This document shows positions 10,533-20,367 of a DNA stretch of 64,000 nucleotides, in pieces (within the stretch, counting starts at the first letter, position 1; each line of letters starts with the position of its first letter). The position numbers and the translations under genes were made by a program. The notes under the pieces are model-generated. The model had not been told where the DNA came from, ran no database searches, and worked only from the letters and a program-made list of their open reading frames with translations. Source of the DNA: Truepera sp. (GTDB taxonomy: Bacteria > Deinococcota > Deinococci > Deinococcales > Trueperaceae); assembly GCA_965218435.1 (NCBI GenBank), contig CBDCKW010000009.1, positions 3,136,001 through 3,200,000 of the forward strand, written 5' to 3'.

Positions 10533-11422
10533 CTAAGCAGCTTAAACAGTTCGTTTACAACCAGAAGTTTCGCCTCGAGGTTTGGTCTGCCGGACGCCGC
10601 ACCGACTTGCCGCTCGTCAAACCCGACTTTTTAGGTATCGGCACCGCACGTTCGGCAAGCACTTGGTTACACGCACGGCTTTCACAGCACCCAGACGTGT
10701 ACCTGCCCGAACTTAAAGAGCTGCATTTTTTTAACGAACGCCGCGAGCATAGGCCGTGTGACGTGTCCGGCGCGAGCTGGACGCGCCCGGTTTACTTTGA
10801 CCCGGAGAACCCCACGCACTGGCGCTGGTACAGCCTGCAGTTTCTGCCCGGTAGAGATAAGGTCAAGGGTGAAATCACTCCGGATTATTCAACGCTCTCA
10901 GCCGAGCGCGTAGGTAAGATTAAAGAATACCTACCTGACGCAAAGATTATCCTGCTGATTCGCAACCCCATTGACCGCGCTTGGTCGGGGCTGCGGTATT
11001 CGTGGCAGCGGCATCAGGGCGAGGCCCTCAGCCCGGACGAGGTTGACCGGCTGATGCGGGCCGCGCTGCACCCCGAGCGCCTTTTGCGGGGCGACTATCC
11101 GATGACCTTGACGAACTGGGAGACGCACTTTCCGGCCTCGCAACGGCTCTACATCTTTTACGACGACGTGGTGACGCAGCCGAGCGTCGAGCTTAAACGC
11201 GTCGCTGAGTTTTTAGGGATTGACCCGGCCAAACTCGCGCAAACTGGTGACGCCCGCCGCGTCAATACTGCGCCCGCTGAGAACGTTCCGCCAGAGGTGC
11301 GGGGACGGCTGCAAGATTATTACGAACCGCAGATACATTGGCTGGAAGACCATCTAAGCCGCGATTTGTCGGGGTGGCTCGAGCTTACCTCAACCAAAGC
11401 ACCGCTCGAGCCAGCGCGATGA
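10523..11422 (+). CDS. PAPS-dependent sulfotransferase 1
   Basis: PDFLGIGTARSASTW (5'-PSB loop), KELHFF, GEITPDY, RNPIDRAWS (3'-PB). Confidence 0.9.
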   Translation: MPLTKQLKQFVYNQKFRLEVWSAGRRTDLPLVKPDFLGIGTARSASTWLHARLSQHPDVYLPELKELHFFNERREHRPCDVSGASWTRPVYFDPENPTHWRWYSLQFLPGRDKVKGEITPDYSTLSAERVGKIKEYLPDAKIILLIRNPIDRAWSGLRYSWQRHQGEALSPDEVDRLMRAALHPERLLRGDYPMTLTNWETHFPASQRLYIFYDDVVTQPSVELKRVAEFLGIDPAKLAQTGDARRVNTAPAENVPPEVRGRLQDYYEPQIHWLEDHLSRDLSGWLELTSTKAPLEPAR

Positions 11423-12339
11423 CCCAAACAGCCAAGAAGCCTAATTTCTTTATCGTCGGTGCGCCCAAGTGCGGCACGACGGCGATGAATAATTATCTGG
11501 CCGAACACCCCGAAATCTTTATTCCCGACATCAAAGAGGTGCATTTTTTCGGGCGTGACCTAAACATCACCAAGGGCGCACTCAGAGATGAAAGGGCGTA
11601 TCTCGAGCTTTTCTCCGGCGCGAAGGGCGAGAAACGGCTCGGCGAGGCGTCGGTTTGGTATCTGTACTCGAAAACTGCAGCGCAGGAGATTTATAGCTTT
11701 AACCCGGACGCGCAGATTGTCGTGATGCTCAGGAATCCGGCCGACATGCTCTATTCGCAGCACTCGCAGTTTTTGTATAACGGCAACGAGGACATCGAAG
11801 ACTTCAGCGAAGCTTTGGCTGCCGAACCCGAGCGCAAAGCCGGAAAGCGTATTCCCAAAAGTGCCCATTTAGTTGACGGACTTTTTTACTCGGAGACGGT
11901 GCAGTACGCCGAGCAGATAGAGCGGTATTTTGCGCGTTTTGGCCGGAAGAACGTCCACGTTATCTTGTATGACGATTTTCGCGCCGACTTACCGGGAACG
12001 TACCGCAAACTCTTACAATTTTTGGGTGTGCGGGATGATTTTACGCCGGAGTTTGCCGTGGTCAATCCGAACAAACGTGCCCGCAGCGCCCTCCTGCGTA
12101 ATTTTGTGCAAGCGCCGCCCGAGAGTATCAAACGCCTCAGCCGCGTGTTTTTTCCGCGCAGTTTACGGCAACGCGTGATGAAAGGGCTCGACCAGGCCAA
12201 TATCCGTTACGAAGCGAGAGCGCCCTTAGACCCTGAGCTGAAGCGGGAACTCGAGCACCGTTTCGCCCCCGAAGTTGAGGAGTTAGAAAAACTTTTGGGC
12301 CGTGACTTACCGTGGACTGAGGCCGTACGTGTGTCCTAA
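11419..12339 (+). CDS. PAPS-dependent sulfotransferase 2
   Basis: PNFFIVGAPKCGTT, KEVHFF, RNPADMLYS; ATGA overlap with the previous stop places the start at 11419. Confidence 0.9.
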   Translation: MTQTAKKPNFFIVGAPKCGTTAMNNYLAEHPEIFIPDIKEVHFFGRDLNITKGALRDERAYLELFSGAKGEKRLGEASVWYLYSKTAAQEIYSFNPDAQIVVMLRNPADMLYSQHSQFLYNGNEDIEDFSEALAAEPERKAGKRIPKSAHLVDGLFYSETVQYAEQIERYFARFGRKNVHVILYDDFRADLPGTYRKLLQFLGVRDDFTPEFAVVNPNKRARSALLRNFVQAPPESIKRLSRVFFPRSLRQRVMKGLDQANIRYEARAPLDPELKRELEHRFAPEVEELEKLLGRDLPWTEAVRVS

Positions 12340-13186
12340 CCTGTTTCTCGTCGGCGCACCCAAATGCGGGACCTCGGCCCTGCACGGTTACCTGGCGCAA
12401 CACCCGGATGTGTGGATGTCCGAACCCAAAGAACCGCACTTTTTTTGTACCGATGTAGACGCGCCTTTTGCCGTTCGTGACCCGGACGCTTATGCTGCAC
12501 TTTTTAAGGATGCGGTGGGCGACATCGTAGGCGAGTCGTCGGCGACGTATCTGTATTCAAAGGTCGCCGCGCAAAAGATTCGGGCCGCGTGTCCGGACGC
12601 CGCCATCATTGCGATGCTCAGAAATCCGCTCGAGCTGATTCCATCTTTACATTCACAAAAGCGGGTCAACGGCACCGAACCCTATGAGGCGCTAGCCGAA
12701 GCCCTCGCCGCCGAACCCAAACGCAAGGCGGGCGAGCTGGAGGCCATCGGCGCGTTTCCGTTTTATGACGCCGCCGCTCGTTATACCGAGCAGCTAAAGC
12801 GTTACCTAGACGTGTTCCCGCCCGAACAACTCCACATCATCGTCTTTGACGACTTTAAGCGGGACGCGGCTGCCGTTTACGCGGGTGTCTCGAAGTTTTT
12901 GGGCCTCAAACCGTTTACGCCGAACTTCAAGGTCGTCAATCAAAATAAACGTATCCGCTCACGGGTGCTGCATAACGTCTTGCAAAACCCGGCGTCACCT
13001 GTAAACCGGTTGCCCAAACCGCTGAACCGCCTGACCTACAAGGCGCTCGACAAACTCAATTCGGCGGTTGAAGTGCGGGTACCGCTGACGCCCGCCGTCA
13101 AAGACCAACTGAGGCGTGACTTTGCCGGTGAAGTCGAGAGTCTGAGCAAACTGTTGGGCCGTGACCTGCGGGGCTGGCTCGAGTAA
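12329..13186 (+). CDS. PAPS-dependent sulfotransferase 3
   Basis: PNLFLVGAPKCGTS, KEPHFF, RNPLELIPS; clear paralogue of the previous gene; start uncertain (12302 or 12329). Confidence 0.9.
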   Translation: MCPNLFLVGAPKCGTSALHGYLAQHPDVWMSEPKEPHFFCTDVDAPFAVRDPDAYAALFKDAVGDIVGESSATYLYSKVAAQKIRAACPDAAIIAMLRNPLELIPSLHSQKRVNGTEPYEALAEALAAEPKRKAGELEAIGAFPFYDAAARYTEQLKRYLDVFPPEQLHIIVFDDFKRDAAAVYAGVSKFLGLKPFTPNFKVVNQNKRIRSRVLHNVLQNPASPVNRLPKPLNRLTYKALDKLNSAVEVRVPLTPAVKDQLRRDFAGEVESLSKLLGRDLRGWLE

Positions 13187-13187
13187 C

Positions 13188-14252
13188 GTGCGTATCGCGT
13201 TTGTTTTGCCGGGGGCAGGCAGCGTTCCGGTCGGCGGCTTCAAGGTCGTTTACGAATACGCGAACCGGCTCGCTGAACGCGGTCACACCGTCACGGTCGT
13301 TCACACCGCGCAACCCGACCGTCAAGCCTCGAGGGGTGAAAAACTTAAAAAAGGCGTGCGCTTCGTTCAGCGCAAGCTTGATCAAAGCTACCGGCCCGAC
13401 TGGTTTACCCTAGACCCGAACGTTTCGCTCTTGTGGCGAGCAACCCCGGCGGCGGGCGGCGTCCCGGACGCTGACACCGTTGTTGCAACCGCGTGGCAAA
13501 CCGCCGAATGGGTCGCCGACTATCCCGCCGTAAAAGGCAAAAAGTTCTACCTGATTCAGCACTATGAAACCTGGAGCGGCCCGAAAGAGCGCGTAGACGC
13601 AACCTTTAGATTGGGTCTGCGCAATCTAGTGATCGCCCGGTGGTTAGAGGAACCGGTGCGGGCACAAGGGGCGGACGCCGCTTATCTGCCGAACGGCCTC
13701 GACTTTGCGGCATTTGGGATTGATAAGCCTTTAGAAGAAAGGGGACTGCACGCCATGATGCTCTACCATGACGCTGACTGGAAGGGTTCGGCGGACGGCA
13801 TTAAAGCACTTCAGCTGGTCAGAGCGCAGCTCCCAGAGTTTCAGGCGACGCTTTTCGGTACTCCAACCGTACCCACAGGTTTACCTCACTGGCTACGCTA
13901 CGAGCAGACGCCCTCACCTGAGAAGCTTCGCAAACTTTATAACGACAGCGCGATCTTTTTGGCAACCTCGTGGACTGAAGGTTGGGGGTTGCCGGGGTGC
14001 GAAGCTCTGCTGTGCGGCTGTGCGCTCGCCGCGACCGACGTGGGCGGACACCGTGAATACGCCGTAAACGGTGAAACAGCTCTCTTAAGTCCGCCTCGAG
14101 ACCCGGCGGCGCTCGCACGCAACGTCCTGAAGCTTCTAAGAGACAAACCCTTGCGTTTACGGCTCGCCGAGGAGGGGCACGCGTATGTGCAGCGGTTTAC
14201 CTGGGCAGCGGCAGTAGAGAAGTTGGAGCACGAACTCACCCGAAACCCATGA
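13188..14252 (+). CDS. Glycosyltransferase family 4
   Basis: MRIAFVLP..GGFKVVYEYANRLAERGH, and EGWGLPGCEA (E-x7-E); GTG start 1 nt after the previous stop. Confidence 0.9.
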   Translation: MRIAFVLPGAGSVPVGGFKVVYEYANRLAERGHTVTVVHTAQPDRQASRGEKLKKGVRFVQRKLDQSYRPDWFTLDPNVSLLWRATPAAGGVPDADTVVATAWQTAEWVADYPAVKGKKFYLIQHYETWSGPKERVDATFRLGLRNLVIARWLEEPVRAQGADAAYLPNGLDFAAFGIDKPLEERGLHAMMLYHDADWKGSADGIKALQLVRAQLPEFQATLFGTPTVPTGLPHWLRYEQTPSPEKLRKLYNDSAIFLATSWTEGWGLPGCEALLCGCALAATDVGGHREYAVNGETALLSPPRDPAALARNVLKLLRDKPLRLRLAEEGHAYVQRFTWAAAVEKLEHELTRNP

Positions 14253-14311
14253 AGGTATAAGTGAACGCACGCTTACAGTTTGGGCTAAACCTCGTTGTTA
14301 CGTTGACAGGT

Positions 14312-14737
14312 ATGAAAAACGCTATGAAATACCTTATGCTCGTTTCGGTGCTAGGGTTCGGCCTAGTCGCTTGTAATCCAAACAAAGCCGGTAACGCTAC
14401 CCAAGACGCTGTTCAAAGTACCGGAAACGCTGTTCAAGACGCTGCTCAGGCTACCGGAAACGCCGTTCAAAATGCTGGCAACGCAGCTCAAGACGCCGCT
14501 CAGAATGCCAGTGACAACGCCGGAAACGCCGCGCAAAACGCTGGTAACGCCGTCAACAACGCGGTTGATAATACGCAAAACGCTGCTCAGGATGCGGGTA
14601 ATGCCGTCAATAACGCTACGGATAACGCCGGGAACGCAGTTAATAATGCTGCTCAAAATGCAGGCAACGCAGCCAACAATGCTGCTGACAACGCCCAAAA
14701 CGCGGCCCAGAACGCCGTCAGTGGTGGCGGCAACTAA
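14312..14737 (+). CDS. Low-complexity N/Q/A/G repeat lipoprotein
   Basis: Signal peptide with lipobox LVA-C, then repeated AGNA(V/A)(Q/N)NAA units; own terminator. Confidence 0.8.
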   Translation: MKNAMKYLMLVSVLGFGLVACNPNKAGNATQDAVQSTGNAVQDAAQATGNAVQNAGNAAQDAAQNASDNAGNAAQNAGNAVNNAVDNTQNAAQDAGNAVNNATDNAGNAVNNAAQNAGNAANNAADNAQNAAQNAVSGGGN

Positions 14738-14767
14738 AACATCTTACCCGTAAACCAATGAATTAAC

Positions 14768-14797
14768 AAAAAAGGTTGCTCTAAAGCAGCCTTTTTC
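14768..14797. terminator. Intrinsic terminator, probably bidirectional
   Basis: AAAAAGGTTGCT-ctaa-AGCAGCCTTTTT between convergent genes. Confidence 0.8.
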
Positions 14798-14937
14798 ATC
14801 TGGCGTAAGCGCGCCCCCGTTCAGCAAGCATCATCTGGCCAGCTACACCTTCACTTTAGGAAATACCGTCTAGCACGCACGTTCTAAGATGAAATTTGGT
14901 ACCATCTCTCTTGAAAATGCTTTTTAGAAACGGTTTC

Positions 14938-15666
14938 TTAAATCCTATTTCTGGCTGTCTCATAGAGTGCCACGCCGACGGCGACCGCTAGGTTGAGCGA
15001 CTCAACGAGCGAACTCTGCGGAATTTTGACACTCTTCCCAATATTGGCATATTCAGGCAGTAATCCGGCACCTTCAGGTCCGAAAACGAGGGTATAAGGC
15101 GTATCAAATTCGACGTCTTTTAGTTCTACCGAAGCGTCCAACATGAACGGATAAAGTATGTGGGGGAAGGCCGAACGGTACGCCCCTAGCGAGCTGAAAT
15201 AGCGAAACCGGAGCGCAAACGCCGCGCCCATCGAGGCGCGTACCACATGCGGGTTAAAAAGGTCTACAGCAGGCTCTAAGAGGGCCAGGTCACGCATCCC
15301 AAACGCCAGCATCGTCCGGGCAATAGTGCCCAGGTTGCCGTTATCACTCGGGTTGACCAAAAGCAAATGGTTAGCGTCGGCAGAGAGTGGCGCAGCGTAC
15401 TTGTCGAAGACACCGAAAACGTAGACGTTGCCCTTGTGCGAGAGCCGCTCGACCGCGCGGTCGTTGACCTCAAAGGAAATTCCGTGCGCCGTGCAGAGGT
15501 CTTTGAGTTTGCTTAAGCCGCCGCTTTTCTCACCTTTGCTGTGAGCAACGACGCGCTGCACCTGCTCAGGCCGGTGCGTAAGCAGCTCGAGGGTCGGAAA
15601 GACGCCGAAGCTGTACGAATAGCCGAACTCTTTTTGATACTTTTTAAGCTGACCCGGACCGCTCAC
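14938..15666 (-). CDS. TrmH/SpoU family RNA methyltransferase
   Basis: DNGNLGTIART, VFGPEGAGL, VESLNLAVAVGVALYE. Confidence 0.92.
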   Translation of the reverse strand: MSGPGQLKKYQKEFGYSYSFGVFPTLELLTHRPEQVQRVVAHSKGEKSGGLSKLKDLCTAHGISFEVNDRAVERLSHKGNVYVFGVFDKYAAPLSADANHLLLVNPSDNGNLGTIARTMLAFGMRDLALLEPAVDLFNPHVVRASMGAAFALRFRYFSSLGAYRSAFPHILYPFMLDASVELKDVEFDTPYTLVFGPEGAGLLPEYANIGKSVKIPQSSLVESLNLAVAVGVALYETARNRI

Positions 15667-16655
15667 TCAAGGATACCTGCAAAGGGAGCCTCGAGCCCAG
15701 TCACCGCCGCTTCACGCGCGTCTTCAGGCACCCAGTCGAACGCCAGCACGCCCCGATAGGCGCGCACCGCCCCGGCGCGGTCGCCGTTTAGGTCGCGGAG
15801 TTGGCCCAACCGGGCGAGCAAGTACCCCGGCAGGTAGTAAGGCGTGCTGAAGTCACCGTTTACGGCAGCCTCGAGCCGTTCCAACGCTTCGGCGGGGTGC
15901 CCGTTCATTAAGAGCAAGTTGGCCTCGTGAAAGCGAGCTTCGGCCCCTTTGACCTCACGGAGACTGCTCAGGAGAGCCGCCGGGTCAGCGGCGTCGCCGC
16001 GAAAGGCCACGTCGAGGAGCGCCCGCTCACGGATGGTTTCATCGTGCGGGACCTCTCTGGGGATTAAAACGTCGGCACCCACTGCTGACAGCGCCTCATG
16101 CAAGAAGGGCAGCTGCTCGGCGCTGGCGAGCACCGTCACACGCGTTTCGGACAGTTTGGCGACGCACGCCGCAAGCTCGGTCAACCGTTCACGCCACCAG
16201 TCGGTACCGGGACCGTCGCCGAAAACCGCCTCGCGCTCCTGCTGATAGTCTTTTAGAACAGGTACGACCTCATCCCAGATACGGGCCAGCATCAAGGGCT
16301 GCGGCAACAGCTCGTCTAAAGGACGCAGCAGTGCCTCGAGCCTTAAGAGCTGTTCACGGGTCTGCGGATACGCCGCAAGATAACGCTGAAAGTCCGCTTC
16401 AGCCTCAGGGTCGGGGCTTCCCGGCATTCCGGCCCCTAGTCTCACGCCCTGCCGCTCCGCCCACGCCAGCACGGGCGGCAAGCTGATTTCAGGCGTATCT
16501 TGCCACGCTGGAGTCGCCAACGCGCCCGGTGCGAGCGGTGCGGGGACGACGACTTCAGGGCGGCTCGCCCGAACGAGCGCCAACACACTCGCCGCGTTGT
16601 AAACCGGGTAACGCAGGTGCCACGCACTGAGGAGGGGGATGAGCGTGACGCTCAT
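15663..16655 (-). CDS. Hypothetical protein with C-terminal TPR-like helices
   Basis: Long ORF overlapping both neighbours by 4 nt; LARLGQLRDLNGDRAGAVRAY is TPR-like. Confidence 0.7.
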   Translation of the reverse strand: MSVTLIPLLSAWHLRYPVYNAASVLALVRASRPEVVVPAPLAPGALATPAWQDTPEISLPPVLAWAERQGVRLGAGMPGSPDPEAEADFQRYLAAYPQTREQLLRLEALLRPLDELLPQPLMLARIWDEVVPVLKDYQQEREAVFGDGPGTDWWRERLTELAACVAKLSETRVTVLASAEQLPFLHEALSAVGADVLIPREVPHDETIRERALLDVAFRGDAADPAALLSSLREVKGAEARFHEANLLLMNGHPAEALERLEAAVNGDFSTPYYLPGYLLARLGQLRDLNGDRAGAVRAYRGVLAFDWVPEDAREAAVTGLEAPFAGILE

Positions 16656-16957
16656 TCTTCCCTGAGCCAATCGTCAAGCCAGTTATCAAAAGGGTCGTCC
16701 TCAAAGCGGTCGTCCTCAAAAGGGTCGTGCTGGGGCTGCTCACCCCTGGCGCGGGCACGTTCTTCGCGGCGCAGCGCCGCTGCCCGGAGGCGCTCTTTTT
16801 CATACGCCGCGTCCTCGTGTCGGCCCTGCGCTTCACGGAAGATACGGTTAAGAAGCCTCGCGCCGGTGTCTTCCGGTAGGACTACCGCTCTTTTCTCCTC
16901 GCGCCGCTCGGCTCGCCGCGCCGCTTGCCGCGCTCTTTTTTTGCTCTTTTTCGCCAT
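16652..16957 (-). CDS. Hypothetical charged protein
   Basis: Basic N-terminus, acidic DPFEDDRFEDDPFD tail, ATGA overlap with the next gene. Confidence 0.6.
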   Translation of the reverse strand: MAKKSKKRARQAARRAERREEKRAVVLPEDTGARLLNRIFREAQGRHEDAAYEKERLRAAALRREERARARGEQPQHDPFEDDRFEDDPFDNWLDDWLREE

Positions 16958-17085
16958 ACTTTATGCTACACAGCAGGTGCCTGTGGGTGTACCGAGGGCG
17001 CTACCGTATGCTTTACTACGGTGACGCAGCCCAGCTCATCAATAATTAGACAGGGCTGAAACGTGGGCATGATGACGTTAGAGGC

Positions 17086-17724
17086 GTGACAACGTTAGAA
17101 AGGGGCAGAATGGAACACACTGAAAGCTATTCGGGCTCCGTAAGAGTCGAAGACGCCGAAACGTCTAACTCTTTTGGAAACGCGGCCCAGGACGTCTCGA
17201 GAGACGCGCAGCGGCGGGGCCGCGAGGTTTTCGGCAAGGTCGCAGGCGAGGCGCAGAGTGTTGCACAGCGTTTGCGCGGCGAGGCGACCGGCGCACTCGG
17301 TGAGGGCAAAACGCAGCTTGCTACGCAAATTGGCGGCGTCGCGCGGGCGCTCCACGCCAGCAGCCGAGAGTTTCGGAGCGATGACCTTACGGGTTTGGCG
17401 GACCTCAGTGAAGGGCTGGCCGAACAGGTCGAAGCCGTCGAGCACTACCTCGAGCAGCGGAGCAGCGAGTCACTTTTAAGCGACGTCCGCAGGTTTGCCG
17501 GTCGCCACCGCACACTGTTTGTCGGGAGTTTATTTGTTGCGGGCTTTGTCGCGGTTCGTTTTACGCAGAGCACACCGCCTGTTACATCGTCTAGCACATC
17601 ATCTGCGGCCTCGAGAGGGGCGAAGACACCCAAAACAGCAGCTAACACAACGTCCGCAACGACGGTCGTAAGTCGGGGCCGAGCCAGACGGAGCCAAGTC
17701 AAGACCTACCGGACGGACCGCTGA
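17086..17724 (+). CDS. Hypothetical helical protein with C-terminal membrane anchor (general-stress type)
   Basis: Amphipathic helices then DVRRFAGRHRTLFVGSLFVAGF; coupled to the next gene; start may be 17110. Confidence 0.7.
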   Translation: MTTLERGRMEHTESYSGSVRVEDAETSNSFGNAAQDVSRDAQRRGREVFGKVAGEAQSVAQRLRGEATGALGEGKTQLATQIGGVARALHASSREFRSDDLTGLADLSEGLAEQVEAVEHYLEQRSSESLLSDVRRFAGRHRTLFVGSLFVAGFVAVRFTQSTPPVTSSSTSSAASRGAKTPKTAANTTSATTVVSRGRARRSQVKTYRTDR

Positions 17725-18056
17725 TGTCTAACTATAACGAGCAGCCCGACCCGCGTGACCGGAGCCCCGAGCAGCTCGAGGCAGACATTGCCGCGACGCG
17801 CCGCCGCATCAGCCAAAACGTAGACGATCTGTCGTACAAGCTGAGCCCGGAGGGGATCGGGCACGAGGTTAAAGGCACGCTGGCCGACACGCAGCAGCTG
17901 ACTTTCGGCGCGATTGAAGGACTGGGCGACGAGTTTATGGCGCGTACCGGCAACTGGGGCGAGAGAACCAGAGGATTCACCAAACGCCATTCGGTCCCGG
18001 TGACCTTGGTCGGTCTTGGACTCGCGTGGTTAGTCATGCGCTCCAGCCGCCGCTAG
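17724..18056 (+). CDS. DUF3618-like protein
   Basis: RSPEQLEADIAATRRRISQNVDDLSYKLSP signature plus C-terminal TM. Confidence 0.8.
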   Translation: MSNYNEQPDPRDRSPEQLEADIAATRRRISQNVDDLSYKLSPEGIGHEVKGTLADTQQLTFGAIEGLGDEFMARTGNWGERTRGFTKRHSVPVTLVGLGLAWLVMRSSRR

Positions 18057-18316
18057 CGGGTCTGTCAGCTTAAGTGGTAGCTTAGAAAAACGCCGGAGCA
18101 CAACATCGGTGCTCGCTGCAAAGACGAAAAGGGGGACGTATGGTGTAGAACTTTGCGCCGAAATGGTGCCACGCTAAAGCCAAGCAACGAAACCACCCAC
18201 CCTTCCGAGACCAGGGCGTAAAGTCAGCCTCAACGTAAGGTTCTCGTACCGGGTTTCTCATATATGGTTTTCTCGAGCTAAAAGCTCAGCCATTCTAAAA
18301 TAGTCAAGGAGACATC

Positions 18317-19165
18317 ATGTCTGCAGACCGAGTTATCGTTAATAGTGGGGGCAGAGACAACGGCCCCGTTCGCCACACCGCCTGGGGCGCAGTTTTTGCG
18401 GGTGCCATTATCGCCCTGATGATCACCTTTTTGCTCAACTTACTTTTTGCCGGAATCGGGCTCGCCAACTTTGACCCGGCGACCAGCAACAACCCACTGT
18501 CAGGGTACGGAACCGGCAGCATCATCGCGGTTATCGTGATCAACGTCGTCGCGCTCTTTATCGGCGGTCTGGTAGCCGGACGTTTAAGCGGGACGCCGCG
18601 CCGTGGTGACGCGGTGATTCACGGCATCTTGACCTGGAGCCTCCTAACCATCGGGACGATTTTGCTGCTTTCGACGGCTATCGGCCGGATCGTCGGCGGC
18701 GTCGCCGGACTCGTAGGGAACACGGTCTCGAGCGTAACTCAGGCTGCACCTGCGGCAGCCAACGCCCTGCCAAACCAGCTCGACGTGCAAGGCCAGATCA
18801 ATCAGTTTTTAACTGACGCAGGTGTGCAAAACCCACAGCAGACCGGACAAGAGCTCGTTCAGCGTATCGTTCAGCGTGTTGAAAACGGTGAAAGCCTGAC
18901 CTCGCCCGCCGCCCAGCAAGAGTTCAAAACTTTTTTGGCGAACAACTCAACCTTAACCACGCAAGAGATTGACCAGAAGGTTCAGCAGTTTACGCAGCAG
19001 GCAGATCAAACCGCCAACCAGGTCGTACAAACCACGCAAGAAGTCGCCAGTGTTGCCGGAACGACCGCCTACGCGCTCTTCGGTGCGTTGCTGCTGGGAG
19101 CGATTATCGCTATCTTCGGTGCCCTTGCGGGTGCGCCCAAAGACTCTTTTGACGCTCGAGTCTAG
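18317..19165 (+). CDS. Membrane protein with Q-rich extracytoplasmic loop
   Basis: AWGAVFAGA, GGLVAGRL, HGILTW; AAGGAG RBS. Confidence 0.8.
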   Translation: MSADRVIVNSGGRDNGPVRHTAWGAVFAGAIIALMITFLLNLLFAGIGLANFDPATSNNPLSGYGTGSIIAVIVINVVALFIGGLVAGRLSGTPRRGDAVIHGILTWSLLTIGTILLLSTAIGRIVGGVAGLVGNTVSSVTQAAPAAANALPNQLDVQGQINQFLTDAGVQNPQQTGQELVQRIVQRVENGESLTSPAAQQEFKTFLANNSTLTTQEIDQKVQQFTQQADQTANQVVQTTQEVASVAGTTAYALFGALLLGAIIAIFGALAGAPKDSFDARV

Positions 19166-19189
19166 CTTTTTTAGCAGCATCTAAGTACC

Positions 19190-19220
19190 AAAAGGGCGGC
19201 TACAGCCGCCCTTTTCTTTT
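19190..19220 (+). terminator. Intrinsic terminator
   Basis: AAAAGGGCGGC-taca-GCCGCCCTTTT followed by T-run. Confidence 0.85.
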
Positions 19221-19385
19221 AGCATTGACAGAAGAGATTGACACTGCCGTCATCACAAAATGTACGTGCTGGTCAACAAAACTTAAATGAAGAACGTTGC
19301 CGGCCAGCTAACACCTGCTAGTTGTATGCCTTATTTATCCAGATAAGCATACAGTTATTTGCGTGAGAGTAGGAAATAGTAACGT

Positions 19386-20363
19386 ATGTCAGTAGCCACT
19401 ATAGAGACGCTCGTCGTCGGAGCCGGTATCGCCGGGTTGAGGGCGGCGCGCACCTTGGCGGACGCCGGGACCCGCGTTCTCGTTTTAGAAAAAAGCCGAG
19501 GTTTTGGTGGACGGGCCGCCACTAAACGGCTTCACGGTTTACGAGTTGATTCCGGCGCACAGTACTTTACTGCCAGAGACCCGCGTTTTCAGAGGCAAGT
19601 TGACGCGTGGCAAGGGTCAGGGCTCGAGGTTTGGACAACAGGCTTTCACACCCTGACCCCTGAAGGCTTGCAAGTTCCTCAAAAGGGTCACCCGCGCTAC
19701 GCCTTTACGGACGGGATGAACACCATCGGCAAGCTTTTGGCTGAGGGGCTCCATGTTCGGCGCTCAGAGACCGTCACCGAGCTTGTGCGAACAGCGTCCG
19801 GGTGGCGAGTTGGGCTAGACGATGGGACGACGTACACCGCCGAGCGCGTTTTACTTAACCTTCCGGCCCCGCAAGCACTGGCTTTGGCCCCGGACGTCAG
19901 TGAACCAACCCGGCAGCACCTAAACCGGGTCGAGTTTGCGCCGTGTCTGGCACTGATGGCCGAATACGAAGGGGCTGCCCCGAAGTGGTCGGGCATCGTC
20001 GTTCAAGACGACCCCAACCCGCTTTCATGGCTCGCCAACGGTAGCAGCAAACGTGCGCACGAAGAGCCTACCGTCCTCGTTTTACACGCCAAGCCGACGT
20101 TTTCCCAAAAGTATCTGGAAACGCCCGCAGACGCCGTTCCTGAAATGCTGGGGGTCGCCGCCTCACTCGGTTTTGCTGCCCCACGTTGGACGGAGCTGCA
20201 ACGGTGGCGTTACGCCAAAGCAACCTCGCCTTATAACGGGGCGTACCTTAAAGAGGACGACAGCTTGTTTTTTTGCGGCGATTGGTGCGGCGGAGCGAAA
20301 GTAGAAGACGCCTATTTGTCGGGGCTAGAAGTTGCCGAAGCTATGCTGGCAACCTCAAAGTAA
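19386..20363 (+). CDS. NAD/FAD-dependent oxidoreductase (renalase-like)
   Basis: VGAGIAG, EKSRGFGGRAAT, DSGAQYFT, QRWRYA, CGDWCGGAKVEDAYLSG. Confidence 0.9.
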   Translation: MSVATIETLVVGAGIAGLRAARTLADAGTRVLVLEKSRGFGGRAATKRLHGLRVDSGAQYFTARDPRFQRQVDAWQGSGLEVWTTGFHTLTPEGLQVPQKGHPRYAFTDGMNTIGKLLAEGLHVRRSETVTELVRTASGWRVGLDDGTTYTAERVLLNLPAPQALALAPDVSEPTRQHLNRVEFAPCLALMAEYEGAAPKWSGIVVQDDPNPLSWLANGSSKRAHEEPTVLVLHAKPTFSQKYLETPADAVPEMLGVAASLGFAAPRWTELQRWRYAKATSPYNGAYLKEDDSLFFCGDWCGGAKVEDAYLSGLEVAEAMLATSK

Positions 20364-20367
20364 GGCG

